From NCBI GenBank assembly GCA_036986275.1, contig BTRG01000001.1, positions 27,042 through 91,041 on the forward strand: DNA of 64,000 nucleotides, in the 5' to 3' direction. The notes beneath the pieces are model-generated. The model made no database searches. It was not told where the DNA came from and worked only from the letters and a program-made list of their open reading frames with translations. This DNA comes from Gammaproteobacteria bacterium (GTDB taxonomy: Bacteria; Pseudomonadota; Gammaproteobacteria; Acidiferrobacterales; SZUA-150). Shown here piece by piece: positions 10,943 through 21,864 of this stretch. The position numbers were made by a program, and so were the translations under genes. Position 1 is the first letter of the stretch; every line of letters begins with the position of its first letter.

Positions 10943-12309
10943 TGCATATTCATATAATAGGTATATGTGGCACCTTCATGGGCGGCCTGGCCATACTGGC
11001 CAAGGAGCTGGGTCATACCGTGAGCGGTTCAGATATCGCTGTCTATCCGCCCATGAGTGTGCAATTGCAAGAGCAAGGCATCAGGCTTATGGAAGGCTTC
11101 TCTGCCGACAATCTTGAGCCCCGACCCGACCTCGTAATCATTGGTAATGCCTTGTCACGCGGAAACCCGGAAGTCGAGGCGGTGTTGAATCGAGGCCTGT
11201 CCTATACCTCAGGCGCGCAGTGGCTGGGCGAGAACGTGCTCTATAAGGACAGGTATGTCCTGGCTGTGGCCGGCACCCATGGTAAGACCACGACGGCCAG
11301 TATATTGGCCTGGATACTGGAGGCGGCGGGGTACAAACCGGGTTTCCTGATCGGCGGTCTGCCGGGGAATTTTGGGGTCTCCGCCAAGCTGGGCGCCTCC
11401 TCATTTTTTGTGATTGAAGCCGATGAATATGACACCGCCTTCTTTGATAAGCGCCCGAAGTTTATCCACTATCGCCCACGTACGTTGGTGCTGAATAATC
11501 TTGAGTTTGATCATGCGGATATCTTTGCTGATATCGGCGCTATCAAACTACAATTCCACTACTTGTTACGCACGGTTCCGCAACAGGGTCAGGTTATCAT
11601 TAATGCCGACGAACCGGAATTAAAAGATGTTCTCGATCAGGGTTGCTGGAGTCAGACACAGTTTTTTAATCAGCAAGCGGGTTGGCAGGCCAGGTCCCTG
11701 GCCGAGGATGGCAGCAGGTTTGAGGTATTGTTGGGTGGTCAGGCCCAGGGGGCAGTATGTTGGGGTATGGTTGGACGGCATAATGTATCCAATGCACTGG
11801 CTGCCATGGCAGCCGCTGCCCATGCCGGTGTGACAGCGGAAACCGCTATTGCTGCCTTATCATCGTTTGCGGGGATAAAGAGACGGCTGGAATTGCGAGG
11901 CACGGTGAATGATATCGCGGTGTATGATGACTTCGCCCATCATCCTACGTCGATACGGGAGACCTTGGCGGCCATGCGGGTGCGGGCAGGGGATCAACGC
12001 ATCGTCGCCGTGATGGAGCCACGTTCCAATACCATGCGCCAGGGTGTACATAAGAAGACGTTGGCGCCGGCCTTATCCATAGCGGATAAGGTGATTATGG
12101 TTGCTGATCCCGATATGACCTGGTCACCGCAAGAAGTCATTGATGCATTGGGTGCCAAGGCTAAACTGGTCAACAATGTCGATGAGGCCCTGACGCAGCT
12201 GATGGGTTTGCTGGAACCCAATGATACTGTCGTGGTGATGAGTAACGGTGGCTTCGGTAATATACATGAACGTTTGTTGCGGCGCCTGGGCGAGCAAGTG
12301 CCTGCCTAG
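10942..12309 (+). CDS. mpl: UDP-MurNAc:L-Ala-gamma-D-Glu-mDAP ligase
   Basis: MHIHIIGICGTFMGGLA, AGTHGKTTT, EADEYDTAFFDKR, DDFAHHPT, EPRSNTM. Confidence 0.96.
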   Translation: MHIHIIGICGTFMGGLAILAKELGHTVSGSDIAVYPPMSVQLQEQGIRLMEGFSADNLEPRPDLVIIGNALSRGNPEVEAVLNRGLSYTSGAQWLGENVLYKDRYVLAVAGTHGKTTTASILAWILEAAGYKPGFLIGGLPGNFGVSAKLGASSFFVIEADEYDTAFFDKRPKFIHYRPRTLVLNNLEFDHADIFADIGAIKLQFHYLLRTVPQQGQVIINADEPELKDVLDQGCWSQTQFFNQQAGWQARSLAEDGSRFEVLLGGQAQGAVCWGMVGRHNVSNALAAMAAAAHAGVTAETAIAALSSFAGIKRRLELRGTVNDIAVYDDFAHHPTSIRETLAAMRVRAGDQRIVAVMEPRSNTMRQGVHKKTLAPALSIADKVIMVADPDMTWSPQEVIDALGAKAKLVNNVDEALTQLMGLLEPNDTVVVMSNGGFGNIHERLLRRLGEQVPA

Positions 12310-12472
12310 GGATGTTGAACTCACTTGCTCGAGTGGGTACTAACTGGATGTTGAAAAAGTCCTTTCGTGGCCTTCTTGACTCGCAAAGCAAAAGCGTGGT
12401 TTTTTACTTTGTTTCATTTTTTACTAATCCATCCTTTAATAGGGATGAGTGCTTTGTAGACTGGAGAGTGCA

Positions 12473-13096
12473 ATGAGCAGTGTTCGAACATGGTTTTTAC
12501 TGATAGGTATAATGTTCCCTGTATTGAGTATGGGGGGATATGAAGAGGGCGTACACTTTATCGAGATCCCCTTCAGTGAGTCTCCGGAAACCGGTAACAA
12601 AGTAGAGGTGCGTGAGTTCTTCTGGTACGGCTGCCCATATTGTTACAGTCTGGAGCCTGTTTTGGAGCGCTGGCTCAAGAACAAACCCAAGGCAGTCACG
12701 TTCGTACGCACCCCGGCTTTCATGCCCAGACGCATAAATCATGGCAAGGCCTACTATGCGTTTGAGGCGCTGGGTAAGTTGAACACCATGCACGGCAAGT
12801 TTTTTTCCGCGGTCCAGTCCGATGCCAATCGACTGGAAAAGGTGGCGCGCATCGTGGCTTTTGTGGAAAAGAATGGTATCGACAGCAAGGCCTTTAACAA
12901 GGCCTACAATTCATTCGATGTGGACCGCAAAGTCAAACTGGCCACACAATTAGCCCAGAAATATGGCATAAATTCCGTGCCTACCATGGTTATCGACGGG
13001 CGCTATTTGACCAACGGCAGCATGGCGGGTGGACATGAGGGTCTTTTGAAGGTGGTGAACTATCTGGTTAAACGTGTAGCCGCGGAAAAGAAGTAG
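12473..13096 (+). CDS. dsbA: Thiol:disulfide interchange protein DsbA
   Basis: Signal peptide, EFFWYGCPYC, SVPT cis-Pro loop. Confidence 0.9.
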   Translation: MSSVRTWFLLIGIMFPVLSMGGYEEGVHFIEIPFSESPETGNKVEVREFFWYGCPYCYSLEPVLERWLKNKPKAVTFVRTPAFMPRRINHGKAYYAFEALGKLNTMHGKFFSAVQSDANRLEKVARIVAFVEKNGIDSKAFNKAYNSFDVDRKVKLATQLAQKYGINSVPTMVIDGRYLTNGSMAGGHEGLLKVVNYLVKRVAAEKK

Positions 13097-13213
13097 CTCC
13101 GCGGTGTGACAATTGTTTTCGTAAGAAACAGGCCAACCCAGGGCAATTCAGTTATATATACAGGGTATTGTAATGTTAGCTGGCAGATTGGCCGTATTAC
13201 TGGGAAGTGATCA

Positions 13214-14845
13214 ATGAAAGCCGCCATACTTTTTGTGAAATGCCTGGAGCAGGAAGACGTGGAATACATCTTCGGTATTCCCGGCGAAGAAAATCTGGAC
13301 GTCATGGATGCGCTGCTGGACTCACCTGTCCGATTCATCACCACGCGGCATGAACAGGGTGCGGCCTTTATGGCCGACGTCTACGGCCGACTCACGGGCA
13401 AGGCCGGTGTTTGTCTGTCTACCCTGGGTCCCGGCGCCACCAATCTTGTTACCGGTGTCGCCGATGCCAATATGGACAACGCCCCGGTTATCGCTATTGC
13501 TGGTCAGGCCGCGACGACCCGCTTGCATAAAGAGTCCCATCAAGTCCTGGATCTGGTTAATATGTTCAGGCCGCTCACCAAGTATGCCGCCCAGATATTG
13601 GAGCCTGAAATTATTCCCGAGGTTGTGCGCAAGGCCTTCAAGCTGGCGCAGGTGGAAAAGCCCGGCGCGTGTTTCATAGATTTTCCAGAAAATATCGCCG
13701 AGATGGACACCAGCGCGGAGCCCCTGCATGTGCAGTCTGCCATGCTGCCCAGCCCGACCTCCGATCGTATTGAATATGCGGCCGAGATTATTTCCAGGGC
13801 CAAGTTTCCTTTGATCATGGCCGGCAACGGTGTCATTCGCGCCCGTGCCTGCGAGGCATTGGTGGCGTTTGCGGAGAAAATGAATATCGCCGTGGCCACG
13901 ACCTTCATGGCCAAGGGCGCCATCCCTGGTTCGCATGACCTGAGTCTGGGCACGGTAGGTCTGCAATCGCATGATTACGTGTCCTGTGGCTTTGACAGGG
14001 CCGATGTCATTATTTGTGTGGGCTATGACATCGTCGAATACCACCCTTACCTGTGGCACAAGACCAAAGATAGAAAAATTATTCATATTGATACGCGTCC
14101 CGCGGAAGTCGACGCCCACTACATTGTCGCCGCCGGTGTCATAGGGGACATTGGTGAATCCATGCGCGCCTTATCCGCCATGGCCCAGCGTCATGATGGC
14201 AATGATTATGATGGTCTGCATGATGTCATTATGAAGGAGCTCAACTGGCATGCCGATGGTAATGATTGCCCGCTTAAGCCCCAGCGTATCATGCTTGACC
14301 TACGAGAGGCGTTGGACAGTAAGGATATTGTTATTAGTGACGTGGGTGCACACAAGATGTGGATCGCGCGCATGTATCAGGCGGAAGAACCCAACACCTG
14401 TATCATTTCAAATGGTTTTGCCAGCATGGGGATAGCGGTGCCGGGTGCTATTGCCGCGCGCTTGGCCAGGCCTGAAAGCAAGGCCGTGGCCGTTACCGGT
14501 GATGCCGGTTTTTTAATGAATTCGCAAGAGATTGAAACCGCCATACGGCTGGGCATATCCATCGTGATACTCATATGGACGGACAGCGCCTATGGACTGA
14601 TTGAATGGAAACAACGTGTCCAGTTTAATCGCACTTCCGGTATTGATTTCAAGAATCCCGATTTTGTGAAATATGCCGAAGCCTTTGGCGCCAGGGGCTA
14701 TCGCATAGAAAAGGCGGATGAGCTATTGCCAACACTCAAGAAGGCGCTGGCCGATACTACCGTGAGTATTATCGATTGCCCGGTGGACTACAGCGAGAAC
14801 TTGAAGCTCACGGAAAAACTGGGCGAGAAGATTTGCCCGATCTAG
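13214..14845 (+). CDS. Acetolactate synthase large-subunit family ThDP enzyme
   Basis: FGIPGEEN, RHEQGAAFMAD, GDAGFLMN; no small subunit adjacent. Confidence 0.88.
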   Translation: MKAAILFVKCLEQEDVEYIFGIPGEENLDVMDALLDSPVRFITTRHEQGAAFMADVYGRLTGKAGVCLSTLGPGATNLVTGVADANMDNAPVIAIAGQAATTRLHKESHQVLDLVNMFRPLTKYAAQILEPEIIPEVVRKAFKLAQVEKPGACFIDFPENIAEMDTSAEPLHVQSAMLPSPTSDRIEYAAEIISRAKFPLIMAGNGVIRARACEALVAFAEKMNIAVATTFMAKGAIPGSHDLSLGTVGLQSHDYVSCGFDRADVIICVGYDIVEYHPYLWHKTKDRKIIHIDTRPAEVDAHYIVAAGVIGDIGESMRALSAMAQRHDGNDYDGLHDVIMKELNWHADGNDCPLKPQRIMLDLREALDSKDIVISDVGAHKMWIARMYQAEEPNTCIISNGFASMGIAVPGAIAARLARPESKAVAVTGDAGFLMNSQEIETAIRLGISIVILIWTDSAYGLIEWKQRVQFNRTSGIDFKNPDFVKYAEAFGARGYRIEKADELLPTLKKALADTTVSIIDCPVDYSENLKLTEKLGEKICPI

Positions 14846-14899
14846 TTAGCCAAATAGTTAATAGCGCCCGGCGTCGGATGAAAGCGCGCGCAAGAAGTA

Positions 14900-15090
14900 C
14901 TGGCGAAAGGGGTCATGGTCGTTGCCCCGACCGGCTGATGATGGACATGAATCCGGCCGGCCAAACCATGCCGGGTTATTCGCTAGCGGAAATCACCGGG
15001 CAACCGACGGAGATGCTCCATGCGCACTATGTTGAGTTTGGCGACAGGATTCGTACGGCCTTCAACCAGGGCGAGGCTGTCCAGATTGAG
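14900..15090 (+). pseudogene. Degenerate PAS-domain fragment paralogous to 16718-16920
   Basis: DRLMMDMNPAGQTMPGYSLAEITGQPTEMLH vs DRKMVNMNPAAQAMLGYSQVEIAGQPTAIVH; frameshift near 14928 and 9-nt deletion. Confidence 0.75.
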
Positions 15091-15145
15091 AGTTATTGTT
15101 ATTGTTTTCAAACTTTTGCGCTTAATTAGATATTCCTAATCGAAT

Positions 15146-18100
15146 ATGTCCGTCACCAAGCAAAAGGATATTGCCACCGACGGGTTGTGGTATGTAGCAC
15201 ATGCCGTGGGCGGCTTGGTGATATTGCTGGGTGGCGTGGTCATGATGGGCTGGTTTATGGACTCAACCACCCTGGTACAGCTGCGGCCGCAGCTGGTGCC
15301 GATGCAATTCAACTCCGCGCTGGGATTTGTACTGTGCGGCGCGGGTCTGTTGTCGCTGCTCTATCACCGATCGCGCTTGGCCATGGGGTGTGGCGGTTTG
15401 TCGGCGGGGCTTGCCCTGGTAGTGCTGTTGCAATATCCCTTTGGCGCCGATTTCGGTATCGACCGCCTCCTGTTCGAGCCTGATATCACCACCAAGACCG
15501 CCGCCCCCGGCCGCATGGCGCCAGGCACGGCCCTGGCCCACCTGATGAGCGGACTGGTCCTGCTGGCGCTGGCCGCGCGGTGGTGGCCGCGCCTATATTT
15601 GCTGATGGCGCGGGTGTTTGGCATGGGTGTTTTTGCCCTGGGGCTGGGGAACCTGCTGGGCTATGCGGTGGGTGGAGAGACGCCTTACGGCTGGTCACAC
15701 CCCACCTACATGGCGGTCCATACCGCGGCTGGATTCATGCTGCTCGGGGCCGGACTGCTGGCCTACATCTGGCGCCCGATCACAGGGCCAGATCAGAGAA
15801 CGTCCCGCAGCCTGGCCCTGGAGAGTGGCATCGGGCTGGCCATCCTGGCCGTGATTCTGTGGCAGTCGCTGCTGGCCCGGGAGCGTTTCCAGCTGCAACA
15901 GAATATCGAAAGGCAGTGTACACATCTTGCGCGCATGATCGAGGAGACCATCGAATCCGAGATCCTGGCAATCATGCGCATGGCCCGGCGTTGGGAGCAC
16001 CAAGGTGGCACGCCTCAGGCCCTCTGGAAGACAGATGCCGCACGCTATATTGAACATAACCCGGGGCTTCAGGCCCTCTCGTGGGTGGATCCTTCCATGT
16101 ATGTGCGCTGGATCGAACCCTTGCAGGGCAATGAAGCCGCCAAGGACTTGTATCTCCCCTTTGAGCCACGCCGGGCACAGGCACTGGAGACCGCCAGACT
16201 GAAACGTGTAACCACCGCGACGCGCAACATCGAACTAGTGCAGGGAGGCACGGCCATTATTGTCTATGTCCCCCTCTATATTGATGACCGTTTTGATGGT
16301 TTTATCGGTGGAGTATTCCGCATCGACAAACTACTCGCACCCATCGTTACCAGCCTGGCGCGCAAGGATTTTCGGCTCGAGTTGTTTGAAGGCAACGAAG
16401 AAATCTACCGTCGAGTGGAGCCAGGCGCGGTTTATGAGCCGAGCCTGAGCCAGGAACAAACGTTTGGCATCGTCAACCTCGACTGGCGTCTGCGTCTCCA
16501 GCCCAGCCAGGCACTGCTGGCGGAACTAGGGTCACCGTTGCCACCGATTGCGTTGATGGCCGGTCTGCTGATGGCCCTGTTGCTGGGTTTGGCGATGGAC
16601 CGCGCCCACGCGGCGCGGCAACAGGCCGGCATCCTGGCAATAGAGGTCGCTGAACGCAAACGCGCGCAAAAGGCGCTGGCGGAATCCGAATTGTGGCAGC
16701 GGGGCATTTTCAATGCCCTGGAGGAAGGCGTGCTGGTCGCCACTCCCGACAGGAAAATGGTCAATATGAACCCGGCGGCGCAAGCAATGCTGGGTTATTC
16801 CCAAGTGGAAATTGCCGGCCAACCGACGGCAATTGTCCATGTAGACCCTGATCATGTTGTGGAATTCGGCAGTCGCATCAAGGCGGCCTTCGACAAAGGA
16901 GAAGTCGCCCGGTTTGAATTCGAACTCAAACGCAAAAACGGCGAGCTCTTTCCAACCGAACACACAGTCTCACTGCTTAAGAATGAGCAGGGGGAAGCGA
17001 TCGGCATCGTCAGCACCCTGCGCGATATCACAGTGCGCAAGCAGGACGAGGAGGAGTTGCGCAGGCATCGCCAACACCTGGAAGAACAGGTAAGGGAGCG
17101 GACCCGTGAGCTGCGGTTACGCAATGAGCAACTACAAAGTGAGATTGTTGAACGCAAGCAGTCGGAAGATCAATTGAAGGCGCAAACCCTGCGTAATGAA
17201 GTTATTTTGGCGACTACGCAGGACGGATTCTGGATGGTCGACCTTGAGGGTAATGTATGCGATGTGAATGAGGCTTACTGCCGGATGGTGGGCTACACCC
17301 GGGAGCAGTTACAAGCGATGACCGTGGCGGATCTCGAGGCGAGTGAAAGCCCGGAAGAGGTTCAACTTCACATTCAAAGGATACGTTCCCAAGGTTATGA
17401 TCGCTTTGAATCACGGCACCGGAGCAAAGACGGCACACTCATTGATCTGGATGTCAGCGTCACGCTGGCAAATTTGGGGGGGACGCAGGTCTTTTTCACC
17501 TTCTTTAGGGATATCAGTGAACGCAAGCAGATAGAAATTGACCTGAACGCATCCAGGGAAAATCTTCAGCGGCTTACCGCGCACTTGCAAACGGTTAGGG
17601 AGGAAGAGCGCACCTTGATTGCACGGGATGTTCATGACGAACTCGGTCAGGTCCTGACGGCATTGAATATGGATGTGTATTGGCTGCGAGAACATATTCC
17701 TGAGGGTCAGACGGAAGTAAAGCGAAAGGTTCTGTCTATGCTCCCTCTCATTGTATCCGCTATCGAGTCGGTGCAACGCATTACCTCAGAACTCCGGCCC
17801 GCCATGCTGGATGAGCTGGGCCTGGGGCCAGCAATACAATGGTATATGGAGGAATTCCAGAACAGGAATGGAATCAAGTGCCAGGTTTCTATTGAACTCG
17901 ACAAAGTGCAGCCTGATACAGACCGAGACACGGTGGTGTTCCGGATTCTGCAGGAGGCACTGACCAATGTGATACGGCATGCAGGAGCGAGCCGGGTAAG
18001 TCTGAATATCAACAGTGGGGATGATTATATTGATATGTGGTTGACAGACAATGGAACGGGAATCGACCCGTCAGCATTAGATCAGGAGAACGCTTTTGGT

Positions 18101-18223
18101 CTTTTGGGTATGCGGGAACGTGCTCTCACCTTTGGCGGCAATGTTGATATCAAGGGACGCTTAGGTGAGGGCACCACGATTATGTTGCATTTGCCGATGA
18201 GCCATGATCCCACAGGGATGTGA
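15146..18223 (+). CDS. Membrane sensor histidine kinase (multi-TM, CHASE-like, 2 PAS, HisKA_3/HATPase)
   Basis: EEERTLIARDVHDELGQ, LQEALTNVIRHA, DNGTG, GLLGMRER. Confidence 0.9.
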   Translation: MSVTKQKDIATDGLWYVAHAVGGLVILLGGVVMMGWFMDSTTLVQLRPQLVPMQFNSALGFVLCGAGLLSLLYHRSRLAMGCGGLSAGLALVVLLQYPFGADFGIDRLLFEPDITTKTAAPGRMAPGTALAHLMSGLVLLALAARWWPRLYLLMARVFGMGVFALGLGNLLGYAVGGETPYGWSHPTYMAVHTAAGFMLLGAGLLAYIWRPITGPDQRTSRSLALESGIGLAILAVILWQSLLARERFQLQQNIERQCTHLARMIEETIESEILAIMRMARRWEHQGGTPQALWKTDAARYIEHNPGLQALSWVDPSMYVRWIEPLQGNEAAKDLYLPFEPRRAQALETARLKRVTTATRNIELVQGGTAIIVYVPLYIDDRFDGFIGGVFRIDKLLAPIVTSLARKDFRLELFEGNEEIYRRVEPGAVYEPSLSQEQTFGIVNLDWRLRLQPSQALLAELGSPLPPIALMAGLLMALLLGLAMDRAHAARQQAGILAIEVAERKRAQKALAESELWQRGIFNALEEGVLVATPDRKMVNMNPAAQAMLGYSQVEIAGQPTAIVHVDPDHVVEFGSRIKAAFDKGEVARFEFELKRKNGELFPTEHTVSLLKNEQGEAIGIVSTLRDITVRKQDEEELRRHRQHLEEQVRERTRELRLRNEQLQSEIVERKQSEDQLKAQTLRNEVILATTQDGFWMVDLEGNVCDVNEAYCRMVGYTREQLQAMTVADLEASESPEEVQLHIQRIRSQGYDRFESRHRSKDGTLIDLDVSVTLANLGGTQVFFTFFRDISERKQIEIDLNASRENLQRLTAHLQTVREEERTLIARDVHDELGQVLTALNMDVYWLREHIPEGQTEVKRKVLSMLPLIVSAIESVQRITSELRPAMLDELGLGPAIQWYMEEFQNRNGIKCQVSIELDKVQPDTDRDTVVFRILQEALTNVIRHAGASRVSLNINSGDDYIDMWLTDNGTGIDPSALDQENAFGLLGMRERALTFGGNVDIKGRLGEGTTIMLHLPMSHDPTGM

Positions 18224-18547
18224 GCCCCGGAAAATCAAGAGCACATACTGTCTCCCCGAATGCCCTATGGTTCATTCGAGTGACTTGCCCACATAACTGG
18301 CGAGGAGGAGTCTGTGGCCAAGCATGATCACTATTCATGTCATAATCAACTTCACTGGGGTAGGGCAATTATTGATCAAGGGATTGCTGTATCGGTGGCT
18401 GAGTTAGACAAAAGCAGTGGTGATCTAAGGCAAACACCAATAACAAGATAAGACATATACCGATAGATCGAATATCCTGATCTTGTAGTATTTTGTTTAG
18501 GTATACTTGCTATGCAGGGAATGTGAGCAAACCAGGGAGAAAACTGA

Positions 18548-19288
18548 GTGGGACTATCTACCACGGGGTCTAAAACACCCCATGAAACCGATCACAGTAA
18601 GCGATCACCGGGTCGCGAGCGATTCAGGGTACTGATTGCTGATGACCATGCCATCGTGCGCGCGGGATTGAGGCAACTGTTGGGTGAATGCCCGGATGTG
18701 GCAGTCATAGGTGAAGCCACTAATGGTAATGAGGCACTGAGAAAAATTCGTGAACAGGACTGGGATGTGGTGATACTGGATATTTCCATGCCAGGGAAAA
18801 ACGGACTGGAAACCTTGAAACAGATCAAGAGCGAACGGCCCAGGCTTGCTGTGCTGATTTTGAGCATGCATGCTGAGAACCAGTATGCCCTGAGGGCGCT
18901 CAAGGCCGGCGCCGCCGGCTATCTAACCAAGGGCTGTATCCCCGAGCAATTGCTGGCGGCGATCGCTAAGGTGGTCAGGGGCGGTAAATACATCACCCCG
19001 GTTTTGGCGGAGAAGTTGGCCAACGCGCTGGATCCCAACGTGGGGGAGGCGCCGCATGATGCCCTTAGCAACCGGGAACTCCAGGTCTTTCAACTGCTGG
19101 CCGCCGGTAAACAGGTGAGCCAGATCGGAGAGGAGTTGTCGCTCAGCACCAAGACCATCAGTGCCCACCGGGCCAATATCTTGAAGAAAATGCACATGAA
19201 GAACAATGCCGAATTGATGTTTTATGCCATCGACAATGGTCTGGTCAGCCGTGACCAAGTTTCGCAGATTGTGAAAGAACCACGCTAA
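18548..19288 (+). CDS. NarL/UvrY-family response regulator (REC + LuxR HTH)
   Basis: IADDHAIVRAG, LDISMP, LSNRELQV...LSTKTISAHRANI; start uncertain. Confidence 0.92.
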   Translation: MGLSTTGSKTPHETDHSKRSPGRERFRVLIADDHAIVRAGLRQLLGECPDVAVIGEATNGNEALRKIREQDWDVVILDISMPGKNGLETLKQIKSERPRLAVLILSMHAENQYALRALKAGAAGYLTKGCIPEQLLAAIAKVVRGGKYITPVLAEKLANALDPNVGEAPHDALSNRELQVFQLLAAGKQVSQIGEELSLSTKTISAHRANILKKMHMKNNAELMFYAIDNGLVSRDQVSQIVKEPR

Positions 19289-19317
19289 TGTATCGGGCCC
19301 ACCCTGCCCCGAGTAAT

Positions 19318-19406
19318 GCCGCACACGGGTTGTGGCGAAGCGAAATCCTGAAACTACTTTCAAAATAACCACTGACCCCGGATAGCGACAACCCCATCCG
19401 GGCCAC
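19318..19406. repeat. Degenerate REP-like palindrome pair
   Basis: CCCGGAT(19377-83)...ATCCGGG(19396-402) hairpin, read GTGGCCCGGAT on minus; decayed partner ...GCGAAGCGAAATCCTG upstream. Confidence 0.4.
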
Positions 19407-20114
19407 TTGCTTATTTCGTCTTGCCGGGCTTATGCCCACAGGGCACAGCATACTATCAATCATTGAAATCCCTGGATTTCGGTCGTTTCGTATATCCGTG
19501 TACGCAAATGCTCTGACGACATTCGTACTTCCCGGTCATTGTTAACGCGATACTTGCCTTGCACCCGACTAGGTATTTTCTGCAGCACCCTCAGCCTAAC
19601 TCTGAGCTACATACCATCAAAACGCCTAGTTGGATTGGTTGCTACTTCCTATTCACTGTGTAAGGCAAAGCGTCTAGTAAATATGTATAGAAGGACATGA
19701 TGCGCACGGGTGCATAAGACCTAACAATGCTGATGCTACTGAACCAAGGCAGACATTACGGTATTGAAAGTAAGGAAAGTACTTAAAGTAAGGGGTGAAT
19801 GGATTATGTTGCTGGCTGAGGCCAATAACAGACACGTCCCTTTTCTTTCATTTCATATGGAGGTTTTCAGTCATCTGACGCGGAAGGATTAAGGCACCAC
19901 TGATAACTTCTTTAGAAGTTTCTAAAAGATACTACGTGCTCACGGATGTTGATGGCATCAGACAAACACCGATTCAATGCTCAGCCTGATACGTAAGGAA
20001 CAAGCCGCGTTTCCCTGATTAAGATTTATGGTTAGTGATCCGACAAGGAGAATCAACCGCAAATGAACATGGTCCGTAAGTTGGCAAGACAGACATGGAA
20101 AGGATAATAGAAAT

Positions 20115-21323
20115 ATGGGTACAGCAACAGACAACCACATTAGCTGGATGAGTTACAAGAGGTATTGGATTGCTCCCGTGTTACAGGGGGTGATGGCGTC
20201 ATCGATACTCCTGGTTCTCAATCCAGTGAACCTGGTGCTACTTGTCGCAATCGCCTTGATTGTAGTTACCGCGATCGTGGTTTCAATGTGGTTATCAAAA
20301 TCGTTCACGCAGTTCAAAGAGAAAAAACAGCAGGCCTCCCCGGCATGGTTTCTTACGGATGACGCGGAAGGACGAGAGGATGAGGAGTTGCTGCAGAAAA
20401 CCTTGCAGATCTGGGAAAGGCAAATTGAAACGGCCCGCGGTCAAACCCGAACCGCCATTACGGATCTGGCAACCCGATTCTCGGATCTGGCGCTGGACCT
20501 GGAAAAGGCCGTGACGGCCGCACGCAGGGCAACCGAAGAAGTGGATAGCGACGACAACACCGGCGGCATCGTCGAGTTGTTCAATAAAAGTGAGACGGAA
20601 CTGGCATCGGTGATTTCTGCCTTGAATGAGGCCCAACTGTCGAAGCAGGACATGGTCAGGGAGATCAGCGAGCTGAGTGTGCACATGGAGAAACTGGTGA
20701 TCATGGGGGATGAGGTGGGCAGCATTGCCCGACAAACCAATCTGCTCTCCATCAATGCGGCTGTCGAAGCGGCCCGGGCGGGTGAGGCCGGGCGGGGCTT
20801 TGCCGTCGTGGCGGACGAAGTGCGCAAACTCTCGACAGAATCAGCAGACACCAGTAAGAAAATCACCGAACTGGTACTGAACATAACCAGCTCAATGACT
20901 ACGGTGGTCGATCTGACGGACAAGACCGCGCAGCAGGATCAGGAATCGGTCAGGACATCAGAGCAATCGATACACACTGTCATGGGGCGGTTTCAAAAAG
21001 TTACCACGTCATTGATGGATTCAACAACAGAACTGGCGGATGCGGGCACGGGTATACAAAATGAAATCTCTGACGTGTTGGTGTCATTGCAATTCCAGGA
21101 TCGTGTCTCGCAAATATTAGAGCACGTCATAAAACACATTACAGTACTACGTGAAAGGCTCGAACTTCTGGAAGCCACGGGCGATTTCGACAGCGTTGCG
21201 CCTATCAATGTGCAGTCATGGCTGGACGAAATGGAATCAAGCTATACCACAGTTGAGCAGAAGCAGAATCACCGGGGAATCGACAATCACAACCCCGCTA
21301 AAACACAAGTGGCATTTTTTTAA
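20115..21323 (+). CDS. Short MCP-like protein
   Basis: [36 protein letters not shown] hairpin tip; N-terminal TM, no ligand domain; C-terminal LQFQDRVSQ. Confidence 0.88.
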   Translation: MGTATDNHISWMSYKRYWIAPVLQGVMASSILLVLNPVNLVLLVAIALIVVTAIVVSMWLSKSFTQFKEKKQQASPAWFLTDDAEGREDEELLQKTLQIWERQIETARGQTRTAITDLATRFSDLALDLEKAVTAARRATEEVDSDDNTGGIVELFNKSETELASVISALNEAQLSKQDMVREISELSVHMEKLVIMGDEVGSIARQTNLLSINAAVEAARAGEAGRGFAVVADEVRKLSTESADTSKKITELVLNITSSMTTVVDLTDKTAQQDQESVRTSEQSIHTVMGRFQKVTTSLMDSTTELADAGTGIQNEISDVLVSLQFQDRVSQILEHVIKHITVLRERLELLEATGDFDSVAPINVQSWLDEMESSYTTVEQKQNHRGIDNHNPAKTQVAFF

Positions 21324-21347
21324 GGACCTCTTTCCAGGACAAATACT

Positions 21348-21716
21348 ATGAGCAAGACCATTCTTATTGTTGATGACTCGTCGTCCATTCGCCAAGTCGT
21401 GGGGCTCGCCCTCAAGCGCGAGGGTTATGAAGTGATCCAGGCCGAAGATGGCGTGGACGCACTCAGTAAACTCGATGGCGCCAAGATTCATCTCATTATC
21501 AGTGATGTCAATATGCCTAATATGGACGGCATTACTTTTGTCAAGGAAGTCAAGAAAATGCCTAACTATAAATTTACGCCTATTTGTATGCTCACCACGG
21601 AATCGGAGCAAAGCAAGATGCAAGAGGGCAAGGCGGCCGGTGCCAAGGCGTGGGTGGTTAAGCCTTTTCAGCCGCCGCAACTTCTGGATGCCGTGTCCAA
21701 ACTGGTTTTGCCGTGA
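21348..21716 (+). CDS. cheY: Chemotaxis response regulator CheY
   Basis: Single REC: VDDSSS, SDVNMP, LTTES, VKPF; in che operon. Confidence 0.9.
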   Translation: MSKTILIVDDSSSIRQVVGLALKREGYEVIQAEDGVDALSKLDGAKIHLIISDVNMPNMDGITFVKEVKKMPNYKFTPICMLTTESEQSKMQEGKAAGAKAWVVKPFQPPQLLDAVSKLVLP

Positions 21717-21720
21717 CTTC

Positions 21721-21864
21721 GACGAAACGGGGAAACGGCGAAATAACGAAACGGGGAAATAACGAAACGGCGAATCACAAGCCACGAATAAGGAAAGCAC
21801 AAATGAATAACTATCAAGTCAATGACACGCCACCATTGCCGCTTCACCGGCTCGCCGTTTCGTT
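21721..21864. repeat. 8-mer tandem array plus inverted arm (GAAACGGC family)
   Basis: Six 8-mers at 21724-21771; AACGAAACGGCGA 21761-73 is perfectly inverted at 21852-64. Confidence 0.85.

Noticed and set aside
12310-12420. GGATGTTGAA direct repeat and decayed hairpin between mpl and dsbA as a MITE remnant
   Set aside because: Too short and degenerate, and no second copy in the window
14860-14890. att duplicate of the tRNA-Arg 3' end
   Set aside because: Only GCGCCCG (7 bp) matches, which is expected by chance
21721-21780. CRISPR array
   Set aside because: Units are 8 bp and contiguous with no spacers; no cas genes
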